From assembly GCA_963659105.1 (NCBI GenBank), contig CAVKTQ010000003.1:13228-56655 (forward strand): 43,428 bases of DNA, given 5' to 3'. Source of the DNA: Firmicutes bacterium CAG:238. GTDB lineage: Bacteria > Bacillota > Clostridia > Christensenellales > CAG-917. Of this stretch, positions 1 through 9,834 are shown one piece after another (the first letter of the stretch is position 1; each line of letters begins with the position of its first letter). The position numbers and the translations under genes were made by a program. The notes beneath the pieces are model-generated. The model made no database searches. It saw only the letters and a program-made list of their open reading frames with translations, and was not told where the DNA came from.

Positions 1-42
1 GTGCAAGAACGGCGTTGTTTTTTGAAAAAAGAAGGTGCAAAA

Positions 43-1131
43 ATGTATAGAAAACGCATTATTTTGATACTCACTTCACGCGACGAAAGCGACGAAATAT
101 CGCAAAAAATCGCGGAGGCAATACGCAAAATCGGCACGCACAACGTCGTCGTCGTAAGCGACGACAAGTACGGCTCGGCAACCAAACTTTCCGCTCTCGA
201 CAGGCTTATGGACAGCGGAAGCGAGTATCAGTATCTGCTCGAAAAAAAGGACAAAGGCGTCATACGCGATATGTTCAAACTCAAAAGTTTGTCAAAGCGC
301 GTCAACCGCATAAACAACCTAATCAAGCGTTTTCATCCCGAGTATATTTTGTGCGTTACGCCGTACGCTCACCATTGCGCAGTCGAGGCAAAACGCAGAG
401 CGCGCTTCAACACTCAAATCATATATATGCTCCAATCCTTTACGCTTCCCAAACGAGTGCATGATGACGCAACCAATGTGTTTATCGTCGAAAATGCGGA
501 CGTAAAAGCCGATTTGGTGCGACAAGGCATAAAATCCAAAAACGTTATGGTGATGGGGCTTCCCTACGAGGCAGTGCCTAAAACAAGGGAGGAAATCGCA
601 CTCAAAAAGCAAGAGGCAGGACTTCCAAAAGCCAAAACCGTCTACGTCAACGTGCAGGAAAAAAAGCAACTGGAAAACATATTTTCTCTTCTCCTCGATC
701 AAGGCGAAATCGCAAATCTTGCCGTGTACGTCAAGGACGAGCGTATGCTTCAAACATTGTCGGCAATGGCGGTCAAAGCCCCCGAAACCAAGGTTTTGTT
801 TTTGCAAAACGGCGAACAAGCGGACGATTGTCTGCCTGTCTGCGACGTGGCAATCACGCAGTACGACCCGGCAACGCTGTACAAGTGCTTCAAACTCGGA
901 GTGCCGAGCATAGTTGCAAAGAGCGGCGAACACGAGCAGGCGGATATATCCTATCTCGCCTCGCACGAACTTTGCCTCGTTGCCTACCGTGATCTCGATA
1001 TCGTAGGTCTGTTGTACAGGCTCTTGCAGTCGGACGTCGGCGAGAAAATCGCGTCCAACGGCAAGAAGTGGGTGGAAATGAGTTCGCTCGAAAATATTGC
1101 AAACTTCCTGACTGCGTATATAGCAGTGTGA
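43..1131 (+). CDS. Glycosyltransferase, MGDG-synthase/UgtP-like (GT28-type C-terminal domain), divergent
   Basis: ORF 1..1131. An in-frame ATG at 43 is preceded by GAAGGTG. The N-terminus (RIILILTSRDE) looks Rossmann-like. The C-terminal stretch GVPSIVAKSGEHEQADISYLASHELCLVA resembles the nucleotide-sugar-binding end of UgtP/MGDG synthases. Canonical motifs are degenerate, so the function is tentative. Confidence 0.55.
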   Translation: MYRKRIILILTSRDESDEISQKIAEAIRKIGTHNVVVVSDDKYGSATKLSALDRLMDSGSEYQYLLEKKDKGVIRDMFKLKSLSKRVNRINNLIKRFHPEYILCVTPYAHHCAVEAKRRARFNTQIIYMLQSFTLPKRVHDDATNVFIVENADVKADLVRQGIKSKNVMVMGLPYEAVPKTREEIALKKQEAGLPKAKTVYVNVQEKKQLENIFSLLLDQGEIANLAVYVKDERMLQTLSAMAVKAPETKVLFLQNGEQADDCLPVCDVAITQYDPATLYKCFKLGVPSIVAKSGEHEQADISYLASHELCLVAYRDLDIVGLLYRLLQSDVGEKIASNGKKWVEMSSLENIANFLTAYIAV

Positions 1132-1665
1132 GCAAAAATCGTCGCTAAGGCAACGACAACACACAAGTGTGCGCATTGCCGAGAGCCTTGCTTGATTTAT
1201 TGCTCTGCTAACCGCGCAAGCCCTCTTTGCTCTCCCGAACAAGACGGACAAAGAATCCAGCCACAATTCCGCACGAGTGCTTGCTTGGTGAAGCGTGCTT
1301 TGCACACATATGGTGAATTTGAATTATCCATATGTCATTCAGAGCGTAGCGTAGGAATCCAGCCGTAAGCGCATTTCGCTCCGCTTGATTCTCACGGTCA
1401 CTGTGTTCCCTCAGAATGACGAGCGCAAAGAATTTGTGCTATCCGTTCAAGCAAGGACAAAAATCCTGCCGCAATTTCGCAAAATTATCTGCTTGGTGGG
1501 TGCGTGCTTTGCACGCAGTTGCGGAATATTTTAATATTCCATAACCCAAACGACGTTTGGATATCATCGTGCAGAATTGCACGATATCATCACAAAGTGA
1601 TATCATCGCCATAAGCGATATCATTCACTGCGTGAGGAAGGGGGAAAGCTTAAATTGAAGTTATA
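1132..1665. repeat. Mosaic repeat locus R1: L element (1132-1330), foldback F (1334-1420), 5'-truncated L (1421-1540), hairpin/linker array (1546-1635), T-like tail
   Basis: It starts immediately after the stop codon at 1129-1131. Long stretches align with 31810-32590, with the reverse complement of 19713-19922, and with 12463-12610. The ORFs called here are in different frames in different copies, so the region is non-coding. Confidence 0.9.
1334..1420. mobile_element. Foldback (MITE-like) element F, copy 1 (short variant)
   Basis: The termini GTCATTCAGAG ... CTCAGAATGAC are inverted repeats. It aligns with 19611-19709 apart from an internal deletion of about 12 bp. Confidence 0.75.
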
Positions 1666-1723
1666 GTTCTCGCTCGTAGAGGAAGAACGCAGCATAGATA
1701 TAAACGGAAAAATAGGATTCGAT

Positions 1724-3001
1724 ATGCCAAAGATAACCAAACTTAACGATATTGCAAAAAAACAAGGATTCAGGCTCGGCGACGACGTGCTGCGTATCGG
1801 CGGCTTCAAAATGGTCGACGAACTCGACTACCTCTTCTACGACAACGAAAAGAAATTTTCGGTGGATATTTTGCGCGACGGAAAAGAGCATACGATAAAA
1901 GTCCACAAAAAAGACGGGCAATCGCTCGGACTCGAATTTGCAATCGATATGAAACCCGTCGTGTGCAAAAATAAGTGCATTTTCTGTTTTGTAGACCAAC
2001 TCCCCAAAAATATGCGCCCCAGCCTCTACGTCAAGGACGACGACTACCGTTACAGTTTTATGTGCGGCTCGTACGTCACTATGACAAACGTCACGGAAGA
2101 GGAAATCGAAAGGGTGATTCGCTTGAAACTCAGTCCGCTTTACATTTCCGTACACGCGTGGGACGACGACATCAGAACGTACATCCTCAAAAATCCGAAC
2201 ACGAGAAAGTTGCCCGAGCAAATGCGCAGACTTGGCGCAAACGGCATAAAAATGCACACGCAACTCGTTGTCGTTCCCGACGTGAACGACGGCAAAGTGC
2301 TTGAAGACAGCATACGCGGACTGCACTCGGTCGAGGGCGTGGAAACGGTTGCGGTCGTGCCTGTTGGCATGACGGGGCATAGAGATACTCTCGACAAACT
2401 CAAAGCCGTAGACGAGCAGAACGCAAGAGATACGATAAAACTCGTCGAGGGATTGAACGAGGAATACGGCGGCAATTTCTGCTGGTGCAGCGACGAGTAT
2501 TACGTCAAGGCAAACGTAGACGTTCCGAGCAGTTCGTACTACGGAGCGTTTGACCAAATCGAAAACGGCGTGGGACTTATCGCCGACTGGAAAGACAATT
2601 TCGAATACAGCCTCTCGGAAGTGCCGACGATGAATCTCGGCAAAAAAATAGACCTCATAACGGGCGTGTCGTTTGCGCCAATACTCAAAGAGTACGCAAA
2701 GAAACTCGAAGCGAAACTCGGACTGAAAGCGGAAGTGCATGCAATCGTAAACAACTTTTTCGGCACGAGCGTGACTGTCGCCGGGCTTTTGACGGCAGTG
2801 GATATAATCGACCAACTTGCCGGAGTGAAGTCTGACGCATTTGTCATCCCCGACAATATGTTGCGTGAATTTACGGACACTTTTCTCGACAACAAGACTG
2901 TCGAAGAAGTGGAAGCAGCACTCGGCGCGCCCCTTGTCATAATATCGCACAGCGGCAGCGATACGGCGCAAAAAATCATAGAACACTTTGAAAACAAATA
3001 A
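1724..3001 (+). CDS. DUF512 domain protein (PDZ plus radical-SAM-like core), typical upstream neighbour of der
   Basis: 425-aa ORF containing a CKNKCIFCF cysteine motif. Its position directly upstream of der matches the conserved clostridial arrangement. Confidence 0.8.
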   Translation: MPKITKLNDIAKKQGFRLGDDVLRIGGFKMVDELDYLFYDNEKKFSVDILRDGKEHTIKVHKKDGQSLGLEFAIDMKPVVCKNKCIFCFVDQLPKNMRPSLYVKDDDYRYSFMCGSYVTMTNVTEEEIERVIRLKLSPLYISVHAWDDDIRTYILKNPNTRKLPEQMRRLGANGIKMHTQLVVVPDVNDGKVLEDSIRGLHSVEGVETVAVVPVGMTGHRDTLDKLKAVDEQNARDTIKLVEGLNEEYGGNFCWCSDEYYVKANVDVPSSSYYGAFDQIENGVGLIADWKDNFEYSLSEVPTMNLGKKIDLITGVSFAPILKEYAKKLEAKLGLKAEVHAIVNNFFGTSVTVAGLLTAVDIIDQLAGVKSDAFVIPDNMLREFTDTFLDNKTVEEVEAALGAPLVIISHSGSDTAQKIIEHFENK

Positions 3002-3104
3002 CGAAAAACAATAAATTCGATTTTGCGGCAAAAGTTCGCAAAATCTACAAAACGACGTTTATCACGTCGAAAATCACAGATAAAATACGGAAACGGTGAA
3101 ATAT

Positions 3105-4421
3105 ATGAAACCTTTGGTGGCTATCGTAGGAAGACCGAACGTCGGAAAATCGACGCTTTTCAACAGACTTGCCGGCAGCAGAATCGCTATCGTCGAAAAT
3201 ACGCCCGGCGTGACTCGCGACAGAATTTATGCGGATTGCGAGTGGTGCGGCAGAGCGTTTACGCTCATCGATACGGGCGGTCTCGAACTTAAAAGCGACG
3301 ACGAAATGTGGGGGCATATCCGCACGCAAGTGGAAATCGCAGTGGATACGGCAAACGCGATTTTGTACGTCGTTGACGGAAAAACCGGACTTACGACGGA
3401 CGACAACCTCGTGTGCTCGTTTTTGAGAAAGTCAAAACTTCCCGTAATCCTTGCGGTAAACAAAATCGACAACAACGATTTGAGCAACGTGTACGATTTT
3501 TACGCGCTGGGGTTTGGCGAGCCTCACGCGGTCAGCGCAGAGCAAGGTAAAGGGCTTGGCGATTTGCTCGACGCAATCCTCGAAGTCATCCCCGAGCATA
3601 TGGCGGACGAAGACCCCGAACGTATCAAAATCGCAATCGTCGGAAAGCCGAACGCAGGCAAGAGTTCCATCACCAACAGGCTTTTGGGATACGACAGATG
3701 CATCGTCAGCGACATCGCAGGCACGACGCGCGACGCAATCGACACCGAACTCGACGTGGGCGAGGACAAGTACCTCATCATCGACACGGCGGGTATGCGC
3801 AAGAAAAAAGTGGTCAACGAGGACCTCGAAAGATACTCGGTGATGAGAAGTTTGCTCGCCGTGCGCAGGGCGGACGTGGTGCTTGTCGTGTGCGACGCAA
3901 CCGAAGGACTCACCGAACAGGACGTCAAAATCGCAGGCTTCGTTCACGAGGAAGGCAAACCATCCGTCATCGTTATGAACAAGTGGGATTTGGTGGACAA
4001 AAACACGCACACCGTTTACGAATACGAAAAGAAACTCAAAGAGGATTTGAAGTATATGGATTATTTCAAATCCGTGTATATTTCTGCGCTCAGCGGCAAG
4101 CGTCTCGACAATTTGCTGCCGCTTTGCAAAGAGGTCGTGGCAAATTCGAGAAAACGCATTTCGACCGGACTTCTCAACGAGGTTGTGGGCGACGCTATCC
4201 GCATAAGCGAGCCGCCGTCCTACCTCGGCAAAAAGCTCAAAATATTCTACGTCACGCAAGTGTCCGTCGCGCCGCCGACTTTTGTGCTTAAAGTCAACGA
4301 TCCGACGATTATGCATTTCAGTTACAAACGCTATCTCGAAAACGCATTGCGCAAAAGTTTCGACTTTTCGGGAACGCCCGTCCGCTTGCTCGTGAGAGGC
4401 AACGGCGAGCGCGACGACTGA
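3105..4421 (+). CDS. der: Ribosome-associated GTPase Der (EngA), two tandem GTPase domains plus a KH-like C-terminus
   Basis: Two P-loops (GRPNVGKST and GKPNAGKSS) and two DTAG motifs. I prefer the ATG at 3105 (MKPLVAIVG); GTG 3096 is an alternative start. Confidence 0.95.
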   Translation: MKPLVAIVGRPNVGKSTLFNRLAGSRIAIVENTPGVTRDRIYADCEWCGRAFTLIDTGGLELKSDDEMWGHIRTQVEIAVDTANAILYVVDGKTGLTTDDNLVCSFLRKSKLPVILAVNKIDNNDLSNVYDFYALGFGEPHAVSAEQGKGLGDLLDAILEVIPEHMADEDPERIKIAIVGKPNAGKSSITNRLLGYDRCIVSDIAGTTRDAIDTELDVGEDKYLIIDTAGMRKKKVVNEDLERYSVMRSLLAVRRADVVLVVCDATEGLTEQDVKIAGFVHEEGKPSVIVMNKWDLVDKNTHTVYEYEKKLKEDLKYMDYFKSVYISALSGKRLDNLLPLCKEVVANSRKRISTGLLNEVVGDAIRISEPPSYLGKKLKIFYVTQVSVAPPTFVLKVNDPTIMHFSYKRYLENALRKSFDFSGTPVRLLVRGNGERDD

Positions 4422-4604
4422 CGGCGACGGGAACTTTTTTTCGAGCGTTTCGGCATTGAAAATTAAGCCGAAAATCTGCTTGAAAACGATTGCCGAAATT
4501 GCGATTCGGTGATATATTTTTTCAGTGATAAATTTGCAAAGCGTTTTGCGTTGCGGCACTCTTGGCTCGCACGCGACGTATAGTGTAAAAATTAGAGGTA
4601 TATT

Positions 4605-5879
4605 ATGGACTACAATTCATTGCCGACAGACGAACTTGAAAAACTCCTCAAACAAGAGCAGAAAGCCTACAAAAAACTGCAAAAAGCGGACAGAAGCGTG
4701 GATATGACGAGAGGCAAGCCCTCAAAAGAGCAACTCGAAATCGCCATGCCGATGCTCGAAAACGCCGCAAAGTGCAACTTTTCGATGAGTGGATTTGACG
4801 CAAGAAACTACGGCGAACCCGCAGGCGTAAAGCAAGCAAGAGAACTCTTTGCCGAACTTTTGGGAGTAAAAGCGGACGAGGTTATCGCACTTGACGGCTC
4901 GTCGCTCGACATCATGTACAACGTGGTGCAGTTTGCAATGCAATTCGGCGTTTTGGGGTCTACGCCTTGGAACAAACTCAAAAAAGTCAAATTCATTTGT
5001 CCGGCACCGGGCTATGACAGACATTTCTCCATTTGCGAGAACTTCGGCATAGATATGATAACCGTGCCTATGCTTTCGGACGGTCCGGATATGGACCTTG
5101 TGGAGCAACTCGTGCGCGACGACGACAGCGTCAAAGGCATTTGGTGCGTGCCGAAATATTCCAATCCGACGGGAATCGTGTTCTCGGACAAAGTTGTCGA
5201 GCGTATGGCAAACCTCAAACCGAAAGCCAAAGATTTCCGCGTTTTCTGGGACAACGCCTACTGCGTCCACTCCCTCTACGACACCGACGACAAACTCAAA
5301 AACATCTTCGACGTGGCAAGAAAGGCAGGTACGATCGATATGATTTACTGCTTCGCTTCAACCGCAAAAATTACGTTTGCAGGCAGCGGCGTAGCGGTGT
5401 TTGCGTCCTCTCAAAACAACGTGCAGGACATCCTCAAACGCCTCTTTTTCAAGAGAATCAACCCGAACAAAGTCAATCAGGTTATGCACGTCGAGTTTTT
5501 GAAAGACGTTGAAAACATAAAGAATATTATGTCGCAACACGCGGCGATTCTTCGTCCCAAATTCGACCTTTTCAGAGTGAGAATGGACGAAGCGTTTTCG
5601 GACAATCAGAGCGTGACGTGGTCAAAGCCGAGAGGAGGGTATTTCATTTCCCTCGACGTTCAAGGCGCGGCAAAACGCGTTGTGGAACTTGCAAACGAGG
5701 CAGGCGTGAAGTTTACGGCGGCAGGCTCGACTTTCCCCTACAGAATAGACGACAACGACTCGAACATCCGTATCGCGCCCAGCGTACCCTCGCTTGAAGA
5801 AATGGATTTTGCAATCGACGTGCTGATAAGTTCGATAAAGATTGCGCTTATCGAAAAGAGTTTGAAAAATCGCATCTAG
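4605..5879 (+). CDS. PLP-dependent aminotransferase, class I/II fold
   Basis: 424-aa ORF with RBS AGAGGT. It contains motifs typical of fold-type I aminotransferases (SNPTG, and ST.K around the expected PLP lysine). Substrate cannot be determined. Confidence 0.75.
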   Translation: MDYNSLPTDELEKLLKQEQKAYKKLQKADRSVDMTRGKPSKEQLEIAMPMLENAAKCNFSMSGFDARNYGEPAGVKQARELFAELLGVKADEVIALDGSSLDIMYNVVQFAMQFGVLGSTPWNKLKKVKFICPAPGYDRHFSICENFGIDMITVPMLSDGPDMDLVEQLVRDDDSVKGIWCVPKYSNPTGIVFSDKVVERMANLKPKAKDFRVFWDNAYCVHSLYDTDDKLKNIFDVARKAGTIDMIYCFASTAKITFAGSGVAVFASSQNNVQDILKRLFFKRINPNKVNQVMHVEFLKDVENIKNIMSQHAAILRPKFDLFRVRMDEAFSDNQSVTWSKPRGGYFISLDVQGAAKRVVELANEAGVKFTAAGSTFPYRIDDNDSNIRIAPSVPSLEEMDFAIDVLISSIKIALIEKSLKNRI

Positions 5880-5892
5880 GGATGCGATTTTT
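5866..5892 (+). terminator. Intrinsic terminator of the aminotransferase gene
   Basis: Stem AAAATCGCATC / GATGCGATTTT with the TAG stop codon in the loop, followed by a T-run. Confidence 0.75.
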
Positions 5893-5893
5893 C

Positions 5894-6090
5894 AATTAAT
5901 AATTAACAATTAATAATTAATAATTGAGGGTGGGACACGCACACCCGATTGTGCCTGCGGCACAGTGATATTATCTTGCGACAGTGAAATGCACGCTGTG
6001 CGTGCGTGAAATTGTCCTTTCGGACAGTGAAATTTGCACTTCGTGCAAATGAAATTGCACCGTCGGTGCAGTTTTGGAATATTAAAATTC
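5894..6090. repeat. Mosaic repeat locus R2: T module (5894-5947), hairpin/linker array (5950-6070), degenerate hp palindrome
   Basis: An AATTAATAATTAA-rich stretch is followed by GAGGGTGGGACACGCACACCC. Then come the hairpins TGTGCCtgcGGCACA, GCACGCtgtGCGTGC, TGTCCtttcGGACA, TTGCACttcGTGCAA and TGCACCgtcGGTGCA, joined by GTGAAAT/GTGATAT linkers. Confidence 0.9.
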
Positions 6091-6188
6091 TATTTTTCCT
6101 ATTTTTGAAAACATAAAAATTTGCATATTTTTTTGCATATTACCCATACCGCCGTCATAGAGTTTAGCAAACAGAATCGGAGGAGTTT

Positions 6189-7664
6189 ATGGATAAATTT
6201 GACCTTTATCGCGATATTGCCTCACGAACCGGCGGCGATATTTACGTCGGTGTCGTAGGCCCCGTGCGTACCGGCAAGTCTACGCTTATCAAACAAGTGA
6301 TGCAACAATTCGTCATCGACGGCATCGCAAATCCCGACGAACGCTCGCGCGCAATCGACGAAATTCCGCAGTCCGCTGACGGAAAAACCATTATGACAAC
6401 GCAACCGAGATTTGTTCCGAACGAGGCGGTCAGAGTGTCCGTGGGGGAGAATATCGCCGTCAATATGCGCCTTATAGATTGCGTGGGCTATCTTGTGGAC
6501 GGCGCGCTCGGCGCACAAGAGGACGGCAAAGAACGTATGGTTTCGACGCCGTGGTCGAGCGAAGATATGCCTTTTTCCAAAGCCGCCGAAATCGGCACGC
6601 AGAAGGTTATAAAAGAGCATAGCACAATCGCGCTTGCCGTCACCACGGACGGTAGTTTCGGCTCGATATCGAGACAGGACTACGTCAAGGCGGAGGAAAG
6701 AGTCATATCCGAACTCAAAGAGTGCAAAAAGCCGTTCGTCATCGTCCTCAACGTCGCCGACGTCAACGCTCAAAGCGCGGCTCTCAAAGACGAACTCGAA
6801 AAGAAGTACGACGCGCCCGTCATCGTCAAGAATGCGTTGACCCTCGACGAGAACGACATCAGCGAGATTCTTGAAACGATATTGCTCGAATTTTCCGTCA
6901 AAACCATAGACTTCGATTTGCCGCGCTGGGTGCAGGCTTTGCCTATGGATTGCGACGTCGTGCGCGAAATCGTGGACAGAGTGAAAAATATGCTCGACGA
7001 CATCGACAAGATGCGCGACTACGACAAAATCGACGCGTACTTCGAGAATGCAGAGTTTTGGAAACAACCGTCCGCAATCAGCCTCGACGCAGGAAAGGGC
7101 AGAGTGCAAGTGAAGATGTCGACGGGCGAGGATGTGTTCTTTAAGGTCGCAAGCGAGCAATGCGGCATAGACGTAAAGGACGATTTCGACTTGCTTTGCG
7201 AACTCAAAACGCTTTGCAAAGACAGAGAAAAGATACAAAAAATTCAATCCGCAATGGAACAAGTGGAAACGCTCGGCTACGGAATCGTTGCGCCCACTCT
7301 CGACGAAATCGAACTCAAAGAACCCGAGATTTTGCGGCAAGGTCAACAATACGGCGTGAAACTCTCGGCAAAAGCGCCGTCGCTACACATAATGAAAGTG
7401 GACGTCGAAACCGAAGTCAGCCCCATCATCGGAAGCGAGCAACAAAGCAAAGATATGGTCGAGGGTATGCTTCAAGACTTTGAAAGCGACAAGCAAGCGA
7501 TTATGAACACCAACATTTTCGGAAGGTCGCTCTCGACGCTCGTCGCGGACGGAATCAACAACAAATTGCAAACCGTACCCACCGACGCAGAACAGAAACT
7601 TCGCAAAACTTTGGGACGTATCGTCAACGAGGGCAAGGGCGGCGTAATTTGTATCTTGTTGTAG
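6189..7664 (+). CDS. spoIVA: Stage IV sporulation protein A (spore-coat morphogenetic ATPase)
   Basis: 491 aa. The N-terminus (IYVGVVGPVRTGKSTLIK) carries a Walker A motif, and length and overall sequence are characteristic of SpoIVA. Strong RBS GGAGGAG. Confidence 0.93.
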   Translation: MDKFDLYRDIASRTGGDIYVGVVGPVRTGKSTLIKQVMQQFVIDGIANPDERSRAIDEIPQSADGKTIMTTQPRFVPNEAVRVSVGENIAVNMRLIDCVGYLVDGALGAQEDGKERMVSTPWSSEDMPFSKAAEIGTQKVIKEHSTIALAVTTDGSFGSISRQDYVKAEERVISELKECKKPFVIVLNVADVNAQSAALKDELEKKYDAPVIVKNALTLDENDISEILETILLEFSVKTIDFDLPRWVQALPMDCDVVREIVDRVKNMLDDIDKMRDYDKIDAYFENAEFWKQPSAISLDAGKGRVQVKMSTGEDVFFKVASEQCGIDVKDDFDLLCELKTLCKDREKIQKIQSAMEQVETLGYGIVAPTLDEIELKEPEILRQGQQYGVKLSAKAPSLHIMKVDVETEVSPIIGSEQQSKDMVEGMLQDFESDKQAIMNTNIFGRSLSTLVADGINNKLQTVPTDAEQKLRKTLGRIVNEGKGGVICILL

Positions 7665-7937
7665 AAAAGGCAGTTTACAATACCGTTTGTAAAGGATAAA
7701 ATTCAAAATCCGTCGATGAAGCGATTTGTCGGCGGATTTTGTCGCAAGGTTGAAAAGACGGAATCGAAAAGCCTAAACAGAAATCGTTGCGGATTCAAGC
7801 GGCTTCAGGCGGCGACGAGGCGCATAACAAGAAAGTGCGAAAGCGCATAAAACAACGCGAGTTATGCAAAGGCGAAACGAAGAAAACTATGCAAATTCGG
7901 CATATTGTATCGACATTATTTTTTATATTATATTTGT

Positions 7938-7966
7938 TTGACATTGTGATAAACAAATTCTAAAAT
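7938..7966 (+). promoter_or_regulatory. Sigma-A-type promoter candidate for the MATE gene
   Basis: TTGACA, 17-bp spacer, TAAAAT, about 40 bp upstream of the start at 8005. Confidence 0.5.
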
Positions 7967-8004
7967 ATGTGGCGCAATAAAAAGAATGTAAAAGAAGGCA
8001 TCGT

Positions 8005-9483
8005 ATGGAAAGAGATTTGACCGTCGGCAAACCTATGAGCGTGATTTGGAAGTTTTGCTTGCCCCTTTTCGGCAGCATCATTTTTCAGCAACTTTACAAT
8101 CTCGCCGACAGTTTCGTAGCGGGAAAATTTATCGGCGACAACGCCCTCGCCGCCGTCGGCAACAGTTATGAGATAACACTCATTTTCATTGCTTTCGCTT
8201 TCGGCTGCAACATCGGTTGCTCGGTTATCGTTTCAAAGTATTTCGGCGCAAGAAAGTTCAACGATATGAAAACCGCCGTGTTTACCACTTGGATTGCGGG
8301 CGGCGTTTTGTGCGCGATTCTTATGGTGCTCGGTCTTACGCTCAGCGAGGCTCTTTTGGGGCTTATCAACACGCCGAGCGAGATTATGGCGGATTCCAAA
8401 CTATATCTCGACATCTACGTTTGGGGCTTGCCGTTCGTGTTCTTCTACAACATCGCAACGGGTATTTTCTCGGCAATGGGGGACAGCCGCACGCCGTTTA
8501 TATTCCTCGCCTGTTCCTCGCTTGCGAATATCGGTATGGACATACTGTTCGTCGCAACTTTCAAAATGGGCGTTGCGGGCGTTGCGTGGGCGACGTTCCT
8601 TTGTCAAGGCGTAAGTTGCGTTCTTGCCGTCGTGTTCGTTTTGATTCAACTCAGAAAGGTCAAAACCGAAGGCAAAATCAAAGTCTTTTCTTGGCGTATT
8701 TTGCGCGATACGGCGGTGATTGCCGTTCCGAGTATCTTCCAACAAAGTTTCATTTCGGTGGGCAACATCATCATTCAAAGTATGGTCAACTCCTTCGGCA
8801 CGGTGGTTATGGCAGGCTATTCGGCAAGCATAAAACTCAACAACCTCGTCGTAACGTCGTTCACCACGCTCGGCAACGGTATTTCAAACTACACGAGCCA
8901 AAATCTCGGCGCAAACAAGCCCGAGCGTATTCGCCCCGGGTTTATGTCGGGTTTGATTTTCGTGTGGATATTGTGCGTGCCTATCGTGCTTCTTTACATG
9001 CTCGCAGGCAAACCGCTTCTTCTCATATTCCTCGAAGACGGCGGAAGCGAGTCCATACAAGTCGGCTTGCAGTTCTTGCGTATCGTGTCGCCGTTCTATT
9101 TTATGGTCGCGGTCAAAATCATTTCGGACGGCGTGCTTCGCGGCGGCGGAAAGATGGGAAGATTTATGATAACCACATTTACCGATCTCATTCTTCGCGT
9201 TGTTATATCCGCATTCTTGTACAAGCCGATGGGCCCGACGGGTATATGGTGGTCTTGGCCGATCGGCTGGGCGGTCGGAACAGTCCTTTCGGCGGCGTTC
9301 TTCTTCACGATAAAGTGGCGCAAGCACCTTCCCGAAGAAGTGTATATCCGCGAGCCGAATCTGCCTCAGTCGCTCGTAGATTGCGATGAGGAACACGCTA
9401 CGGAAGTTCTCGAAGCCGAGCAGGAAGCAACTGACGACGCTCTTGCCGCCGTTGAAACGGACAGCGAAAACGTCACCGAGTGA
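8005..9483 (+). CDS. MATE family efflux transporter with an acidic C-terminal tail
   Basis: 492 aa. The N-terminus (WKFCLPLFGSIIFQQLYNLADSFVAG) is typical of MATE proteins, the protein is hydrophobic in a 12-TM-like pattern, and the last ~50 residues are rich in D/E. Confidence 0.88.
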   Translation: MERDLTVGKPMSVIWKFCLPLFGSIIFQQLYNLADSFVAGKFIGDNALAAVGNSYEITLIFIAFAFGCNIGCSVIVSKYFGARKFNDMKTAVFTTWIAGGVLCAILMVLGLTLSEALLGLINTPSEIMADSKLYLDIYVWGLPFVFFYNIATGIFSAMGDSRTPFIFLACSSLANIGMDILFVATFKMGVAGVAWATFLCQGVSCVLAVVFVLIQLRKVKTEGKIKVFSWRILRDTAVIAVPSIFQQSFISVGNIIIQSMVNSFGTVVMAGYSASIKLNNLVVTSFTTLGNGISNYTSQNLGANKPERIRPGFMSGLIFVWILCVPIVLLYMLAGKPLLLIFLEDGGSESIQVGLQFLRIVSPFYFMVAVKIISDGVLRGGGKMGRFMITTFTDLILRVVISAFLYKPMGPTGIWWSWPIGWAVGTVLSAAFFFTIKWRKHLPEEVYIREPNLPQSLVDCDEEHATEVLEAEQEATDDALAAVETDSENVTE

Positions 9484-9540
9484 TTGCACCGCAAACGGAA
9501 AAATTCGCATTAAATAGCAAACAGAAACATCAAACAATAT

Positions 9541-9592
9541 GGAAAACGCGCAATAGATTTGTCAGTTGTTGATAAATGTATTGCGCGTTTTC
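9541..9592 (+). terminator. Long-stem hairpin downstream of the MATE gene
   Basis: Perfect 14-bp stem GAAAACGCGCAATA / TATTGCGCGTTTTC with a ~24-nt loop. Confidence 0.5.
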
Positions 9593-9611
9593 AACGTATG
9601 AATATACATTA

Positions 9612-9640
9612 TTGACATTTTGTATTTTTTAGCGTATCAT
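9612..9640 (+). promoter_or_regulatory. Sigma-A-type promoter candidate for the leader and LRR lipoprotein gene
   Basis: TTGACA, 17-bp spacer, TATCAT. Confidence 0.45.
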
Positions 9641-9822
9641 GAGAGTGCGACAAACTTAATTAAATTGGAAAAAGACCTATTACCTTGGTAACAGGTGCAT
9701 TTTTCGCAAAGCATCGCTTTTTCCAATTTGAGCATGTGGTTTGTCGCAAAATCAGCGAGATGCACTTGTTATATATTGCTTTCTTTGTATCGGGTGTGTT
9801 TCGTTCCCGATACTTTTTTTGG
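9641..9822 (+). promoter_or_regulatory. Structured 5' leader (or small RNA) ending in an intrinsic terminator just before the RBS
   Basis: Nested helices: TGCGACAAAC (9646-9655) pairs with GTTTGTCGCA (9739-9748); TTGGAAAAAG (9665-9674) pairs with CTTTTTCCAA (9717-9726); inner hairpin at 9675-9696. Then the terminator GTATCGGG...CCCGATAC plus T7 (9787-9820), immediately followed by GGAGGAG and the ATG at 9835. Confidence 0.5.
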
Positions 9823-9834
9823 AGGAGAATAAAA

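Noticed and set aside
1321-1333. DnaA-box-like TTATCCATA next to the foldback element (also at about 32127)
   Set aside because: It is a single mismatched box that forms part of the hp palindrome module. There is no cluster and no origin context.
6121-6152. Possible sigma-E-type promoter (GCATATT ... CATACC) upstream of spoIVA
   Set aside because: spoIVA is sigma-E dependent in Bacillus, so such a promoter is plausible. However, the match and spacing are loose, and the AT-rich sequence gives many alternative alignments.
9685-9834. In-frame N-terminal extension of the LRR lipoprotein ORF
   Set aside because: No RBS is present. The extension covers the structured leader and terminator. A canonical GGAGGAG-ATG plus a lipoprotein signal peptide begins at 9835.
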